The notes under the pieces were generated by a model that saw only the letters and a list, made by a program, of their open reading frames with translations, did no database searches and was not told the origin of the DNA. A stretch of 64,000 bases of DNA from the human T2T-CHM13v2.0 reference genome, Homo sapiens, in assembly GCF_009914755.1 (NCBI RefSeq), contig NC_060937.1; one strand, written 5' to 3'. How positions within the stretch are numbered: position 1 is the stretch's first letter; each line of letters begins with the position of its first letter. Positions 26,313-40,111 of the stretch are shown piece by piece. The position numbers and the translations under genes are program-made.

Positions 26313-27650
26313 TGTAGTGGCCAAGGGAAAACTTTTCCTCCACCCAGTACAATGTACTGACAATGTACAGATTAATAGAAGAAAAGGCATACAAATTTAT
26401 TTAGCATGCGTAGCACAGGAGAACTGCAGGAGACTGACTACCCTATTACCCAATGAAGGAGAGAGACACTTATATACCCTATTCATAGGGGAGAGGGAAG
26501 AGGGGGAAAAGGTGGGACATTCTTTTGAAGAGTAAATGATTATTAGGGAGAATGAATGGACAATGGGAGACAGAAATTAACTTGTAAATGATGCTCTTGG
26601 GAATTTGAATGAGCTTAAGAGTCAGGTATTATCTTATGGAAAAGTTTGTCTGGGTTTAGTTGCCTTCTTCAGTCTTCTTTTGCGAGATGTATGATGAGGA
26701 GAAAGAAGTTCTAGTTCTTGTTGAGATAGGAAATCTCAGAGAAAAGTCTCATTCTATGCTTTGGGAGAGACAGAGGCTTGAGAGGCAGGGGTAGGTGGAG
26801 TAGAGAAGGAGAAATTAGAGAGATTTTAAGGCTACTTCTTTAGTTTAGCCTTTCTAAGTGCCATCTTTTTGAAACTGCCTTTGCAAAATTATTATCAGCA
26901 GGAAGTTTACGGCAGTGAGGGAGATCTGATCTAGGCCCAACCCCCTCATGGCTTTAGCCCCCGAGCTGTCTTTGATTATTCCTGGGCTAGCTTTGGGAGA
27001 CATTTCATTCACAGTTTAAAGGATAGTAGCCCCTCCCGCAAACTCAGCCACCTTTGTAGAGCTAACAAGAGGTTGCCAGGCTAGAAGGAGCAGAAGAGCC
27101 TGAATCCGGCTAAGGTGCAGACATAAACGATTGTCAGCCATCATTCTGGAGATAATAGGATATGAAACTTCTCTAATTGCTCCTGCAAATATCATCACTA
27201 TTGTAGAAACTAAGATTGGCCTTTTGAGATCCTTTCTGATGTTTTTGCATTGTCTAACACCCATGGCTCCACCAGGACCTGATGGCTTCCCATGGACCTG
27301 CCAACCCTCCTTCTGTGGCCTCAACCAGAAGAGATTCAACCTGCAGGAGGACAGCTTTAACCTACTATGATTTCATCTCTGGCCCAACCAATTAGCAGGA
27401 AGCACTTGTTACCTGGCTAACCCTACCACTTTGCCCAAACTGCTTTTGAAAAACGCCTAACCAATATCAGGGGGGAGACTGATTTGAGTAATAATAAAAC
27501 CCTAGTCTCCCATACAGTTGGCTCTTTTTGAATTAAAATATTTCTCTATTTCAATTCCTCTATCTTGATAAATCAGCTCTGTCTGGGCAGCAGGCAAGGA
27601 GAACCTGTTGGGTGGTTACATTTTGGCATATCATTTTTTGAGCCCTAACA
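26313..27650 (-). mobile_element. ERV1 solo LTR, MER34/MER39 group, split by an LTR8 insertion
   Basis: cagattaatagaagaaaaggcatacaaatttatt (antisense of LTR 3' part); aagtgccatc[insert]ttttggcatatcattttttgagccctaaca rebuilds the LTR 5' end. Confidence 0.75.
26870..27620 (+). mobile_element. LTR8-family (LTR8A/B-like) ERV1 solo LTR
   Basis: tgaaactgcctttgcaaaattat...gagactgatttgagtaataataaaac...gcaaggagaacctgttgggtggttaca; 4-bp TSD tttt/tttt. Confidence 0.88.
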
Positions 27651-27711
27651 AATGATAATAAAAGAATAGTTGTCATTCTAAAACACAAAATGGAAGAAAA
27701 ATGTAATTAGT

Positions 27712-28090
27712 GTAGGTTTGTTGCCTCAGCATGCAGCAAGTCAATACACTGAGGTGCCAGGTTGTAGCAGAGAAGGAAGTTTAATCGTAGGGCCACTGAA
27801 AGAGTAGCTAGGAGGAAAGTTAAAAATCTATCTCCTAGAAGAGTTTGAGACTACGGTTTTTAAGGGTTTTCGAGCAGGCCGAAGTGTGAAGATTGTTGAC
27901 TGGTTGAAGGGTGCAGGGCGAAGCCATAGGACAAAGAAATAAAGAATCTGTATTCTCATACTGATTTGGTTCCTCTGTGGGGGACTTCAAACTGGTTGTC
28001 GTCAGCTCTTCTACAGGAATTCAGGGTTTGTTTAAGCAAGTCTTAAATAAGAACTTTATGATTCTAATGTCAAAAATCTTATCTATACAA
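27712..28090 (-). mobile_element. MER4-group ERV1 LTR fragment (subfamily uncertain)
   Basis: ggttgtagcagagaaggaagtttaatcgtaggg...aatctatctcc...gagtttg...ggtttttaaggg...gttcctctgtggggg, layout typical of antisense MER4-group LTRs. Confidence 0.55.
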
Positions 28091-28199
28091 ATAATGGGGA
28101 AACAAATGATCATGCAGATAAGCACAGGGGTCGTGTGTGCATGTGCGTGTGTGTGTGTGTTTATAACATACAATATACAGGATATATTGTAATATATAA

Positions 28200-28400
28200 T
28201 GAGTATGTATCTTCACATTGAAAAAATCCTCAAAGAATATACTATCAAATATCAACAATAGCTGTCCCTGTTTGAGGGGATTTCAGGTGAGTTGGAAAAG
28301 GGGGATTTCAGGTGACTTGGATCCTTTTCTTCCTTTTGCTTCTCAGTATTTTCTAAATTCGTATGCAATGACTTTGTACACATCACTTTTGGTTATAAGG
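28200..28400 (+). mobile_element. Old L1ME-like 3' end
   Basis: ggggatttcaggtgact...ttttcttccttttgcttctcagtattttctaaatt...atcacttttggttataag. Confidence 0.5.
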
Positions 28401-29139
28401 CAATAGACCAAAGTAAAGCCTGATTAATACTTAAATGTAACTGCATTTCTGTCTACAGTTCTTGAGGTGAGGACTGCTTCAGTTCCCCTTTGTCTTCTTC
28501 ATCCTCAAACCTGAGGTTTTGTAATCAATAAGGAAGGAGTCAGACAATGACTGATCTGGTTGCTTCCTGTTCACAAGGGATGCAGACAGGAAGACCAGGA
28601 TCAGGATTTGAGGAATACAATTACTTTGCATTGGCCTATAAATGCTTCTGTGTGTCAGGTCTAGGGTGCCAACTCAGCATGACAAAAATATCAGTGCTTG
28701 TGTTAATAGTCCCTGTTATCTGTTGGCAATAGAAAAAATATGCAAAATTAGAATAATGGTAATAGCAATAGTTTATAAGGGGAACCAAAACCAGTTTCCC
28801 ATTCCCCTGGAAACCACATAAAAGGATCATTAAGGGGATCAGTGGCATGCATGTCTTGTAACCATTTAGCTTGTTTGGAAATTTCTCCTGTTCACAATCA
28901 GCAGTATTATCAATTGCAAAGATGACTCTTTGTTTTGGTAGGAGGAAATATAATGCAATATGATTATTCAGAACTACCTGGACCAGAGAGTTTAAATCAT
29001 TCTGCTAGCAGGTTTCTTCAGTTCAGCAGTTTAATGTTCTGTATTTTGGGGTATAGCTTCATGAGCCCCAACTTCTCCTTGTCTGAAATTTCTTTTGAGG
29101 TTTTATACACTGAAGTCTGCATTGGTGGATAAATCGAGT

Positions 29140-32100
29140 TAATAGCTGAGTGGTGAAGAATCCCAGTAAACCAGTCTCCCATTCCTGGGCATAGGTCAGT
29201 TCCATTAAACAGCTACATCTCATTTAAGGAGATGGCATTGCAGACAAGCTTTCAAACAGAAGAAAAACAAATGTCAATGTTTGGAGCAACTTATAAACCA
29301 GTTTCCTTAGAGTGGGCAGGGAAGTCGTTTCAAGTTTCTGGATGTTAGACTTCTTCAGTTAAAATGAAAGTAGGAGGTGGCAATCTGACAGATTTTTCTT
29401 GACTGTAGTTTGTGTATCACAAGGTATGCTTGCATAGCCTCAGGAAAAGGTTGTAGAAATTTCACTGAGTTCAACTCAGAAAAAATGGAAGAAGAATTTG
29501 GAAACATTAGTTTGGAGACAGGTAGCAAGGATAGAATTGACTATTCAGTCCAAAGTGTAGGAAAATATTAATAATATAATAAATTTATTATATTAAAATA
29601 ATATAATAAATAATATAATAATATAATAAAAAATGATGAATAAGGTTAGAATCTAGTAACAGGTATATTATAGTTTTCTTCTGAAACATATTTTTTGTCT
29701 CTCCAGTTTTCCATTTTATGCATGAATAAATCATGGTAAGAACAATTTATTTTAAAAAATTAGCTGTATTATACTTGGCCTGATTATTTGCATAAAATAC
29801 AGCAAGAATTGTTATTGGACATACAGGCTGTCTTAAAATTGGCTTTGCTGGAACTTTTTAATAAGGAATTTCATATTAGACTTTCAAAAGTGTCAAGGCT
29901 AAAACCAAAGTTTTGCCATCAGACTGTCTGTACTCTGTATCAGTTGGGTGAATTTCTCTCTTCTCTAGGTCCAAAAATAACTTGTGGTTCCTGGACTCAT
30001 CAGAAAATAACACTCTTTTCTTACCACAGGTCAGAAACCTCATAAAGAAACTGCAGAGAGAAGGTAGTAGGCCAATATTTCCAACTGGCTTTTTATTGGC
30101 TCTGTAAAGGCAACTTTAATTCCTCAAAGCAGTGTGATCATATCAGAAAATATGTCATTCCTGTTGAAGCCTTAATAAAATGACCAGTGTCTCCAATTGT
30201 GTCCTGTTACCAAAGAAAACATCTTCTTACTGAACTTATGCAAATAACTATATGGCCATAAATTAAGAATATTCACAAATAGTTTCTAAATTCTGGTGAA
30301 ATCAGGTAGAGCAAATATAAATAATTCAAGGTTTCATGCACAAATATATAATTTACCCAATTTATTGTAAGCTATACATAGCTCAAAAGGAAAAAACAAA
30401 ATACAAAATAACATTTTCTTGACTTCCAAAAGTGGAACATAAAAAGAATCAGCAATATTTCAAACAAAAAAATCAAAAATTTCTCATATAATTAATTCTT
30501 GTTCTGCTTCATGATGATTTGCAAATATTTATGAATGTATGTGGTTTTTATTATAGTTCAGAAAGATTCTATCTGCTCCTATGGTATGATTTCCAAAGTT
30601 ATCAGAAACCTATATTCAAGAGTACTGTCAGAATCTTTAAAAGGCAAATTTTGGGATGTAGCCAATTATAAGTTCCTTTCTAAGAAGAACCAAAATAAAA
30701 TAACAATTTTCTGTGTGAGATAAAAGTCTTAGAATAATCATAGTTAGAGAGGTGAAATTGACAGGGAAATGTGGTTATTTCTGTGGTTTATGACAATTTA
30801 GCCTAATAATGTCAGTTATTACCGATAACGCACACAAAGGCGTATTACAGTTTCAGAAACCTCATACAATTTTGAAAGATATATTCATAACACTTTTATA
30901 CAAATACAACCCAAAAAGCTAAACATTATTTCATATTTAACAATGCTTCCTATATTATTTTCACATGCTAAATAAAACTAATATGTCTGTCTCTTGGACT
31001 TCCAGGTGCCCTCATATCTAAAAAGTTAATTTGAGGTAAAAAATATGGAATTTAGGATTCAAAATTATGATTTTGAAATGTTTTTCAAATATCAGAGGTT
31101 TTAAAACACTTGATATCACAAATAGGATCACAGTTTAGTGTAAAATAAGTTGTTCATTTATCCCAAGTGATAATTCAAAGACTTTAAAAAGCAGAAACCT
31201 TACTCTTTAATAGAGAGGAGACTCAGATTTCCAAACAATTAAAATATCTAATAAAGATAGCATGAGCCAAACTGAATTCATCTCTCCCTTTCTCACCTCC
31301 CTTTTATTCTTGTAGCTTATTCAAAAGGTGAACAACAATGTTTGCTATCTCTTACTGTAACTACATAAAAATCTTGTTCAAAAGAGAAAACCAAATTTTA
31401 CTTTTGTTAGTGTATTATCAATACTAAAGCTAATTTTAATAAAATTTTAGGTAGATCTATTCAATCCCAATTATCTTTGACCACACAAAATAATATGATT
31501 TCTACAAACTTTTTATAACCCTTAATAATTTTCCCATTTTCTTTCCCAGCTTTTTATATCTATTTAGTTTTATCTATAATTCCTTTTCTGTCAATTTATA
31601 ACTTTCAAAACCTCTAAACTAGCCAAATTTCTTTCCCTTTAACAAAAAAACACATTTTCACTTCTTTATAAGATAACAGACAAATTAAGCAAGTGTCAAA
31701 AATATCAGAAAACAACAGTTTTATGACCTTACGGGATGTAGCAGACAGTATAAACCAGTCTGACAAGTAGACCCCGGGGAAAAAAAAATGTCTACATTAA
31801 ATTTTGAATATATGTCTATTTTATTTTACCAATAATCTTCAAACCTTAATGATTAATCAAAGATTACTAAAATCACATAAACTTAGCATTTAGGGTTTGT
31901 AACTTAAATTATGAGTGCCATTTATTTACGTCAATTTGATACTCATGTAGATAATACACAGACACACACACACAAATATACATGTAAAAATACAGACAGA
32001 CACAAAGACTTGATAATTTTTATTTGAAAATTTGAGCCATGAGACAGATAAAACTCACTAGTTTAAAACTGTACAGTTGAATTGAATTATGCCTTTGTTA

Positions 32101-33770
32101 ATGGGAAAGGTTAACATTTATCTTTCTTACATAGCCGATGCCCTCACTGATTTTTGGAGAAAACAATGTAGCAAATTTACATCTCAGATCACACAGAGAG
32201 GGTTTAAGGTTTTTTAAGAAAGAGTTTGAGTGTGTTAGAGGAACATTAAAAATGGAGATATACAGATAAGCCTAGAGGGAATTCAGAAATCTTTAAAAAA
32301 AAAAAACAACTAGCTAAATATCAGAGTGTTATATTATGAAGACCAATCTAGCTGTATAGCTGACTTTTAAATTGGATCACTGGGCTCAGGAGGAGCCTAC
32401 ACTGAATCCCAGATTCCTAAAAAGAGAAAATTGCTATGGAATCAGGCCATATAATGCTTTCATGGTGCACTTTGTTAGGAAGATATTTCACTAGGTGTTC
32501 GAACTGTGCCATTTTCTTTGTAAATATGCAAAAAATAAGCCTCTGTGGTAACGACTATTTACTGTAAACAACTGCCCTCCATCAGGAATTTGCCAGCCAT
32601 TACAAAAAAAAAAATCTGAAACTTGTCTTTTTCTTTTTGACAATACAGATTGGATATCAGCCTTTAATTCGGCTGACTTCTGGCCATATAGCTTCTTAAA
32701 AGAAAAATCTTTCAAATCTCTTGTTATTCAAATTTTAGCTGTGACAAGGAGCTGATATTTCTGGCTTTCGAATCTTTTTTTTTTCACCAAAGGTACTCTC
32801 CCAAGCGAAATACATAAGCCTTAACCAAGGCTTAAGGTTCTGACTTAACCAAAGATACACAAATCATCTTCAAAGAGGTACAAGGCAGTCCACATGAGAT
32901 GCAGAACCACCACAAAGTCAACTTAAATAATGGAAAGTTTGGCTAGCTGCAAATGGAGTCCAACTCACATTCTGTCCAGCCATGTTCTCTAGGGTCTCAG
33001 CTTCTCAGCTGACCGTCTACATACAGAGGATAAGAAGTCCCATATTTCCCCAAAGATGGAAGAAAAAAGGAAATAAAAATCTGCCCATGGAAAGGAAAAG
33101 AATCAGTATTTGGCCTCCCTCAAAAATCAAAAGTCACACAAATACCAAAGTCACACAAATATCAAACCAAAACGACTGGCTTCTTGATCAAGTATTGAAC
33201 CCAAGCTGCAGTGGTGAATGCACGTAATTATAAACGGACTTCATTATAAATGCCACATAGAATCAAAAAACAGGCAATTCGAGCACACAAATTTTAACTT
33301 TGATTTAGGTTAGACTTTTTCATTTTAATTTTGTCAAGACAGTTTCTGAAGCTAGCCATCACCCTATTATGCATCTATTTTAAAATTTAATCTTCCCATC
33401 AATTGTTTAGATGAAGAGATCTCTAATTTTTTTTAGATTTGATTAAAAAGGTCCATTTCATGGCCATTGATGATTAGAATTTCTAACGATGTACTTAATT
33501 TCTGTAGTGACCCAGTTCAATTGCTTCTTTCAGAAGAAGCAATCCCAAAGATGCCTCCGCCCTCTTAGAAACAGGTTAACGTAGCAAAAGACTTTCATTG
33601 TTAAAGCATTAATCAGGCAACAACAGTTGAGATGACAAAAACTCTTTTTCAATGGGGCTTCTTATGACAAACACTCCCAAGAACTTGACACATTCGGAAT
33701 AAATGTCTTGGGTTCCCAGCCATTTCAGTCTTCATGACTAAGCACATTTGAAATAAATATTTTAAAAAGC
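29140..33770 (-). mobile_element. MER4-group ERV1 internal (non-coding) sequence, about 4.6 kb
   Basis: Hallmark blocks: atacttggcctgattatttgcataaaatacagcaagaa, ttggctttgctggaactttt, tactgaacttatgcaaataactatat, aaacacttgatatcacaaataggatcacag, ttcggctgacttctggccata; no intact gag/pol ORF; boundaries approximate. Confidence 0.75.
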
Positions 33771-34619
33771 AGACATGACCACCTAGCAATCTCCTAGATG
33801 TTTTAGTAAATATTGCTTCAAGGTATATCAAGGAATATTTCTAAAAGTTACATCACTATTATGAACTCAACTTTTAAAATATCAGAAAAAGAGAATATTT
33901 ACAATTTTCTTAGTAATAATTAATCCATAATTTTATAATTGAAAATGATTCAGAAGAACCATTACACTAAAGTCACTTAACAGTCCAATTATGTATCGTA
34001 ACACACCCACACAAATCAGCACATTGATTACATTATACACAAGCAATGACAACACTATGCATCCAAAATTATAATTGTTCTTGGAAACTCCAGCCACAAG
34101 ACCACTTTACCCTTTTCCTATAGCCAAATATTTTCTCATTAACTTAGATCTCTCAGTGCTAATAATCATAAATTTACATATTCCATCATAGGAAGTGGCA
34201 TTCTGTGACTAAATTCTCAGGCTTCTTATTGTTTCAGCACTCTCCATGCTCATTTCTGCCACTGCTTTTTTATGCCTGATGTTCGTCTTCCCTTATATCC
34301 TAACAGACTTCCTTGTACCTGTACATATTTTGCAAATCCTTAAGACTGGGACAAAGTCTGAGGTTAGCCTTGTGGGATACCCTACTGGCTATCCCAGTCT
34401 TCACTTACCTTCTTGGCCATCTGTGTCTCACTAAAATAGAACTCAATAATATTCTATTCTTTTTGTTTCTGTGGTAAGTTCCGATCTAGATATTTTTCAG
34501 TTGCCCTGTTTTATTTTGTACTAAAACACTGAAGCTGATTCTTACTAAATGAATCCTAAAAATTTGCTTATTAGCTAATTGTATTTTATTTTCTGTAAGT
34601 TGTCTGTTCATTTCTCTTT

Positions 34620-35660
34620 TCCTTTATTGAAGTAAAATTTTAAAATGTTGTATATATTTTTGGTGCACAATGATGTTTTGATATATGTATATGTTGTGAA
34701 ATAATTATTGAATCGAGGTAATTAATATATTCATCATCCTACATAGGTATCATTTTTTTTGTGTGGTAAGAATATTTATGATCTAGTCTCTTGGGAATTT
34801 TTAAGATAAGAATTCTGTAGGTTATCCCTTCACTCTGTTGATTGTTTTCCTTGCTTTGCAGAAGCCTTTTAGTTTGATGCAATTCAACCTGTCTATTTTT
34901 TGCCTTTGTTGCCTGTGCTTTTGGGGCCATAGCCAAACAATCATTGTCCAGACCAATATGAGGAAGATTTTTCCTATGTTAACATCTAGTAGTTTTACAT
35001 TTTCAGTTCTTATGTTTAAGTCTTTAATCCACTTTGAGTTCATTTTTGTATATAATGTGAGATAAGGGTCTAATTATATTCTTCTGCATGTGGATATCCA
35101 GTTTTCCCAACACCCTTTATGGTGGAGACTGTTCTTTTCTAATTGTGGGTTTTGTTATCCCAGATGAAGATCAATTGGCCATAAATGCATAGATTTTTTT
35201 CCAGGCTTTTAATTCAGTTCCATTTGTCTACAGGTCTGCTTTTGTGTCAATACCATGTTGTTTTGATTACTATAACTTTGTAGTATATTTTGAAATCAAG
35301 TAGTATGATAATTCCAGTGTGATTCTTTTTTGCTCAAGATTTCTTTAGCTATTTAGGGTATTTTGTGGTTCCACATTAATTTAGATTTTTTTTTTTACTA
35401 CTGTGAAACATGCCATTGGGATTTTGATAGCAATTGCATTGAATTTATAGTACACTTATGTCATATGGACATTTTAACAATATTAATTATTTCAACCCAT
35501 GAACATGGGATATCTTTCAGTTTATTTGTGTCTTCAATTTCTTTAATCAATGTCTATTGTTTTTAGTTTATAGATATTTTGCTTCCTTGGTTAAAATTAT
35601 TTTTAAGTATTTTATTTTTAAGTATTTTATTTTTGAAGCAATTGTAAGTAAGACTTTTCT
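34620..35660 (-). mobile_element. Old L1MA element: 3' UTR (34620-34810) joined to ORF2 segment (34812-35660), internal deletion
   Basis: Antisense L1MA 3' end, then ttcactctgttgattgttttcc...; ORFs 34739-35043 give ORF2-like peptides (NSKWIKDLNIR, IKLKGFCKA). Confidence 0.88.
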
Positions 35661-36286
35661 GGCTGGTTCAACATATGTAAATGATATTAAAATAAAGAAT
35701 TTTAAAATATATGCTTATCTCAGTAGATGCAGGAAAAACACTTGGGAAAATTTAACATCATTTTATGATAAGAAATCTCAGCAAATTAGGTATATAAGGG
35801 ATATACCCCAACTGAATGAAGGCCACATATGACAAGCCCAACATTAACAACATACAAGATGGTGAGAAGCTGAAAGCTTTTCCTCTAAGATGGGAACCAA
35901 GACAAGCCTGCCCTCCTGTTGCCACTTGCCAACTCAAAGTGAATTAAAGACTTAAACATAAGAACTCAACATGCAAACCACTGATATAGTAGGAATTAAT
36001 ATCTCAAATATATAATAATTAAATATAGTCCTAAAAGTCCTATTAATTAGGCAAGAAGACAAAATAAACAGTATCCAAATAGGAAAGAAGATGTAAAATT
36101 ATCTCTGTTTGCAGATAGCAACGTCATAGATCTATGTATATAAAACCTTAAAGACTCCACCAACAAACGTCAGAAGAAATAAACAAGTTCATTAATGTTT
36201 CAGGATACCAACTTGGCACAACAATTAGTAACATGTTTATACATAAACAACAAACTAACTGTAAAAGAAGTCAAGAAAAGAATTCT
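35661..36286 (+). mobile_element. Inverted 5' segment of the same L1 (ORF2 RT region)
   Basis: tggttcaacata...ctgaaagcttttcctctaaga...ttatctctgtttgcagat...aaagactccacc; ends at the ORF2 position where the minus-strand segment begins. Confidence 0.85.
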
Positions 36287-38493
36287 CTACTAGATTTAAA
36301 ATGACTTGATAGTAGGCAACTATTTCATAACATTGTAATCTAAGCAATAATCAGCAGAGTGTAATGCATATAAAAATTCCTTCAAGGTATATTTAATTTT
36401 GAGAGAAATCTAAAGCCACTCTGAAGAAAAAAAAATACCCACATACACACACACAGTACTATATTGGTTGGTTCTCCTTAATCAGACATTAGAATCCAAG
36501 GAAGTAAGAACTCAGTGAGGACCGAAGTAATGCAGTAATGGAGGAAAACTATCAATTAAGACGTCAAGTTGTACTGTTAAAGAATGTTTTGCATTCAGGT
36601 GATTAGAGGAAAGCACACATTCTTTATTATTTCATAGAAGAAAAATTAAGAGTGTTTGGGATGCTGAGTAGAAGTTTCTAGAAAAATCCAGAACAAATAT
36701 ATTCTTCAAAGATTAGAGGCCCAGCATGAGGTGTATCCCTCAAGGTGGTTTGCTCTGACCATTTTGAGGAGGGCTGATTTTAAGAATAATTAGAAACGAG
36801 CATATGGCAGAAGGCAAGGAAATTGCTAAGGAAGGGTTTACCAGCAGAAGATTTCAGAAACGTCAGAAGAAATTTATCTCCTGAAAGTTAAAGAATTACC
36901 TTTTAGTCCATGGGTTGTATGCTCTAGGTGCTGTGGAACCTCAAGTTTATAGATGAGACTTCTGAAACCCTTCTTGATCAAGTTAAGATTGAGAATCAAA
37001 AGGCAGAGTGTTGAGCAAAAAAGAAAAAGTAGAGTGGCTTCATTTGTAATTTACGTTTTATGTATTGCATGGCTAAATTCAGCTGGTATGCACTGGTGCC
37101 TCCATTAGGTGATTCATGGGCTTGTTGTTTTGTTCTGATAGGGTGCTACTCGTACCATACCAGGTATTAAATATTTTAATAAATATTTAAATATTGCCTT
37201 TGCATATAGCTGATGCCCTATCAGCATACAACTCAGGTCCTTTCTTGCTAACATCACAACTCATAAATAATCATTAAAAAATAATGTACACTTTCCTACC
37301 ACATGTTTTTTAGTGTTATGTAGACAAAAATTGTCAAGATAGTCTCCCTCAGACATATTATTCACATATATTAAATGGTGATTCTTAATGCATGTTATGA
37401 TGCAAATTGGTTTTGTTCACCTTTAAATTAAAATCCTTGTTTCCACATATGTGACAGGACCTGCTTTTTGGAGTTGTGTTGCATTGATATTATGCCACTT
37501 CCAGCAGCGTCATTTAATAGAGCAATTTTTGTCAATAGCTCCTTTTGATTTCCCTCTGAGCATAATATTTCTGTTAACTTAGCGGCTGACTTTACAAGCT
37601 TCCAGATAATGCAGTGCCTGGTACTTATTGTTGGGGGAAGTGTTGATTTGAATGATGCCTGAATGATCCTGCTCTCCCTTCCCTACACTTAGTGGAAAAA
37701 TAAACAACTTTGTCCTCTAAATCATGTTTTTGGACTTGTTATGAAAGAATATAAAAACAATTGGTTTAGCAAAAAGGACAGTGTATTAAAAAAAGAGATC
37801 AATGTATCAATGACATCAGTACACAATTTGGTAAAGCTTAATAACAGAGCACATATTGGGGAATAGGAGTAAATGGATCATGAATTCAATAAAATCAATT
37901 TTTTCTCATGTTAATGGTATTTTTATGAATATTTTTTCTGTTCTGCTGCTTATGAGAAATCCTTACCTTTATTTATCACTTGTCAATGCACATATAGATT
38001 CATATATCATTTTGCCCAGAATTTGTCCTTTTTATGTTCATGTTTTACAAAGTTGTAGTATTTATGCTAAAATTTTCATCATTAGTTCTATGCAGCAATG
38101 ATTCCTTTGTGAGCCACTCACAATCTTTGTGACTCAGATGTAGAATGCAACATAATAATAAAAAAAGATATCAATATTAACAAACAATAACATAACACAA
38201 AAATCATATGAAAATGTATTTCCTAAGATGAGTAGCATATTGTATGAATGGAACATAACCCAAAACAAAGCAAATACTGCAGAACTTGTAGTATATATTC
38301 CAACTTAAGGCAATGGTTATTATAAATACAAACAAAAGAGTATATGAACAACCTTGTTTTAATGTCTTTTCATGTTAATGGTACAAAAGTACCATTATCG
38401 TTCTCATGTTTCAAGAATCATTTTCATAGAAGAAAAGATTAGGGAGGAATGAAAATTGGTCCACATAGCATTCATCACAGAGGAAGAACATGA

Positions 38494-38835
<342 letters not shown>

Positions 38836-40111
38836 CATGCAATTTTATAAAGATGTTTCTTATTCTGTGATTTTTACAGAATTATACTCAATTATATTTG
38901 TATTCACTAGCTTATCTGATATTAATGTGTTCAACATAGTCTCACCCGTAGAGAAGCAGACATAGTATTTTTTTAGATGCCTGACTTTTCTGCGAGAGCA
39001 CTCCAGGTATATTCTCCTGCTCATTTTGAAGTAGATTCTAGATGAGATTGACTATACTAGACTCCAGAAAACTGATGCCCCCAGTCTTTGAGCTGCATAG
39101 TTTTTTTGTACCATATTTCTTTCTCATAGAATGTGAAGACATTTCATTTCCCTTTCCTCTGAAGCAGTATTGATAGTAAACTAAGATTCCCTTCAGCAAC
39201 TTCTGGAGTTGCTTTTTATTTATAGCAGGCAAAGAAATAGGTGGAAACACTATTGGTGACAAATGATAATAATTATGTCCACTTTTCTCCTTTGAGATTT
39301 ACAATATATATTCTGTTCTGACTTCCTGCATCTTTGGGATGTATGTGAAACTGCCTACATCTACATTTTATTCCAAAATTGTGAACCCCATCATCTCAGT
39401 CACTCTCAGGTTGGTTACATGAGTGCCAGGGACCCTTTTCCTAGGAGGAACATTATTCCCTGTACAGCATTCTGATTGCCAAGGTTTCCTGAAACAATTT
39501 CATAGAAAAGTTAAGGACTTTATTTTATGCAACTTTGTTGATCCTACTTCTAATGATATGACTCTCTTATGACCTTCAGAAAGAAACAAAAAGACAAAGA
39601 AACTCCAATGTAGTATGTATTATATCAATCTGGCAGACAAAAATAAACATTATACTGATAGATATGGGTAAATTATCAGCAAATGTTCATATATTACCTA
39701 TTTTCTTCAGATTTATTTTATTCTTGTCATGACAAGTCTATCGCATATATGAAAATTTGGTAAATAATAGATATTACACACTAATATCTAGTAGTATCCC
39801 TTCTGGGAAAATGCAGCATTATATTATTTATTAAATATCCTATATAAATCTGCAAGGTAGTCATTGCAGCTTAGCAATGCGAATGCCATGATTTACAGAA
39901 GTTAAAATAATTTGTCCAACTCACTGTTAGGCTTGAACCCGAGTTTGTTTGTCTCTTTAGTTCCCAAAGTCATTCTCTAATCTCTGTGCATCAGGCTTAG
40001 TTGCTGATCCCTTGGCTTGATTATTTAGATGTGTATTACTCTCTATGTCTCTATATCTAAATAATTTGCCCCTTCAATTGAAGCTTCTCAAAAAAAAAAA
40101 AAAAAGACAAG

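Noticed and set aside
28276-28321. Short local duplications (25-bp period here; similar at 35600, 42580, 54534, 55229)
   Set aside because: Ordinary slippage duplications with nothing further to explain
34739-35832. ORFs with L1 ORF2-like peptides
   Set aside because: Frameshifted, stop-ridden L1 relic; annotated as a mobile element
37075-37200. Possible MER63-like DNA transposon fragment
   Set aside because: Match too short and degraded to call
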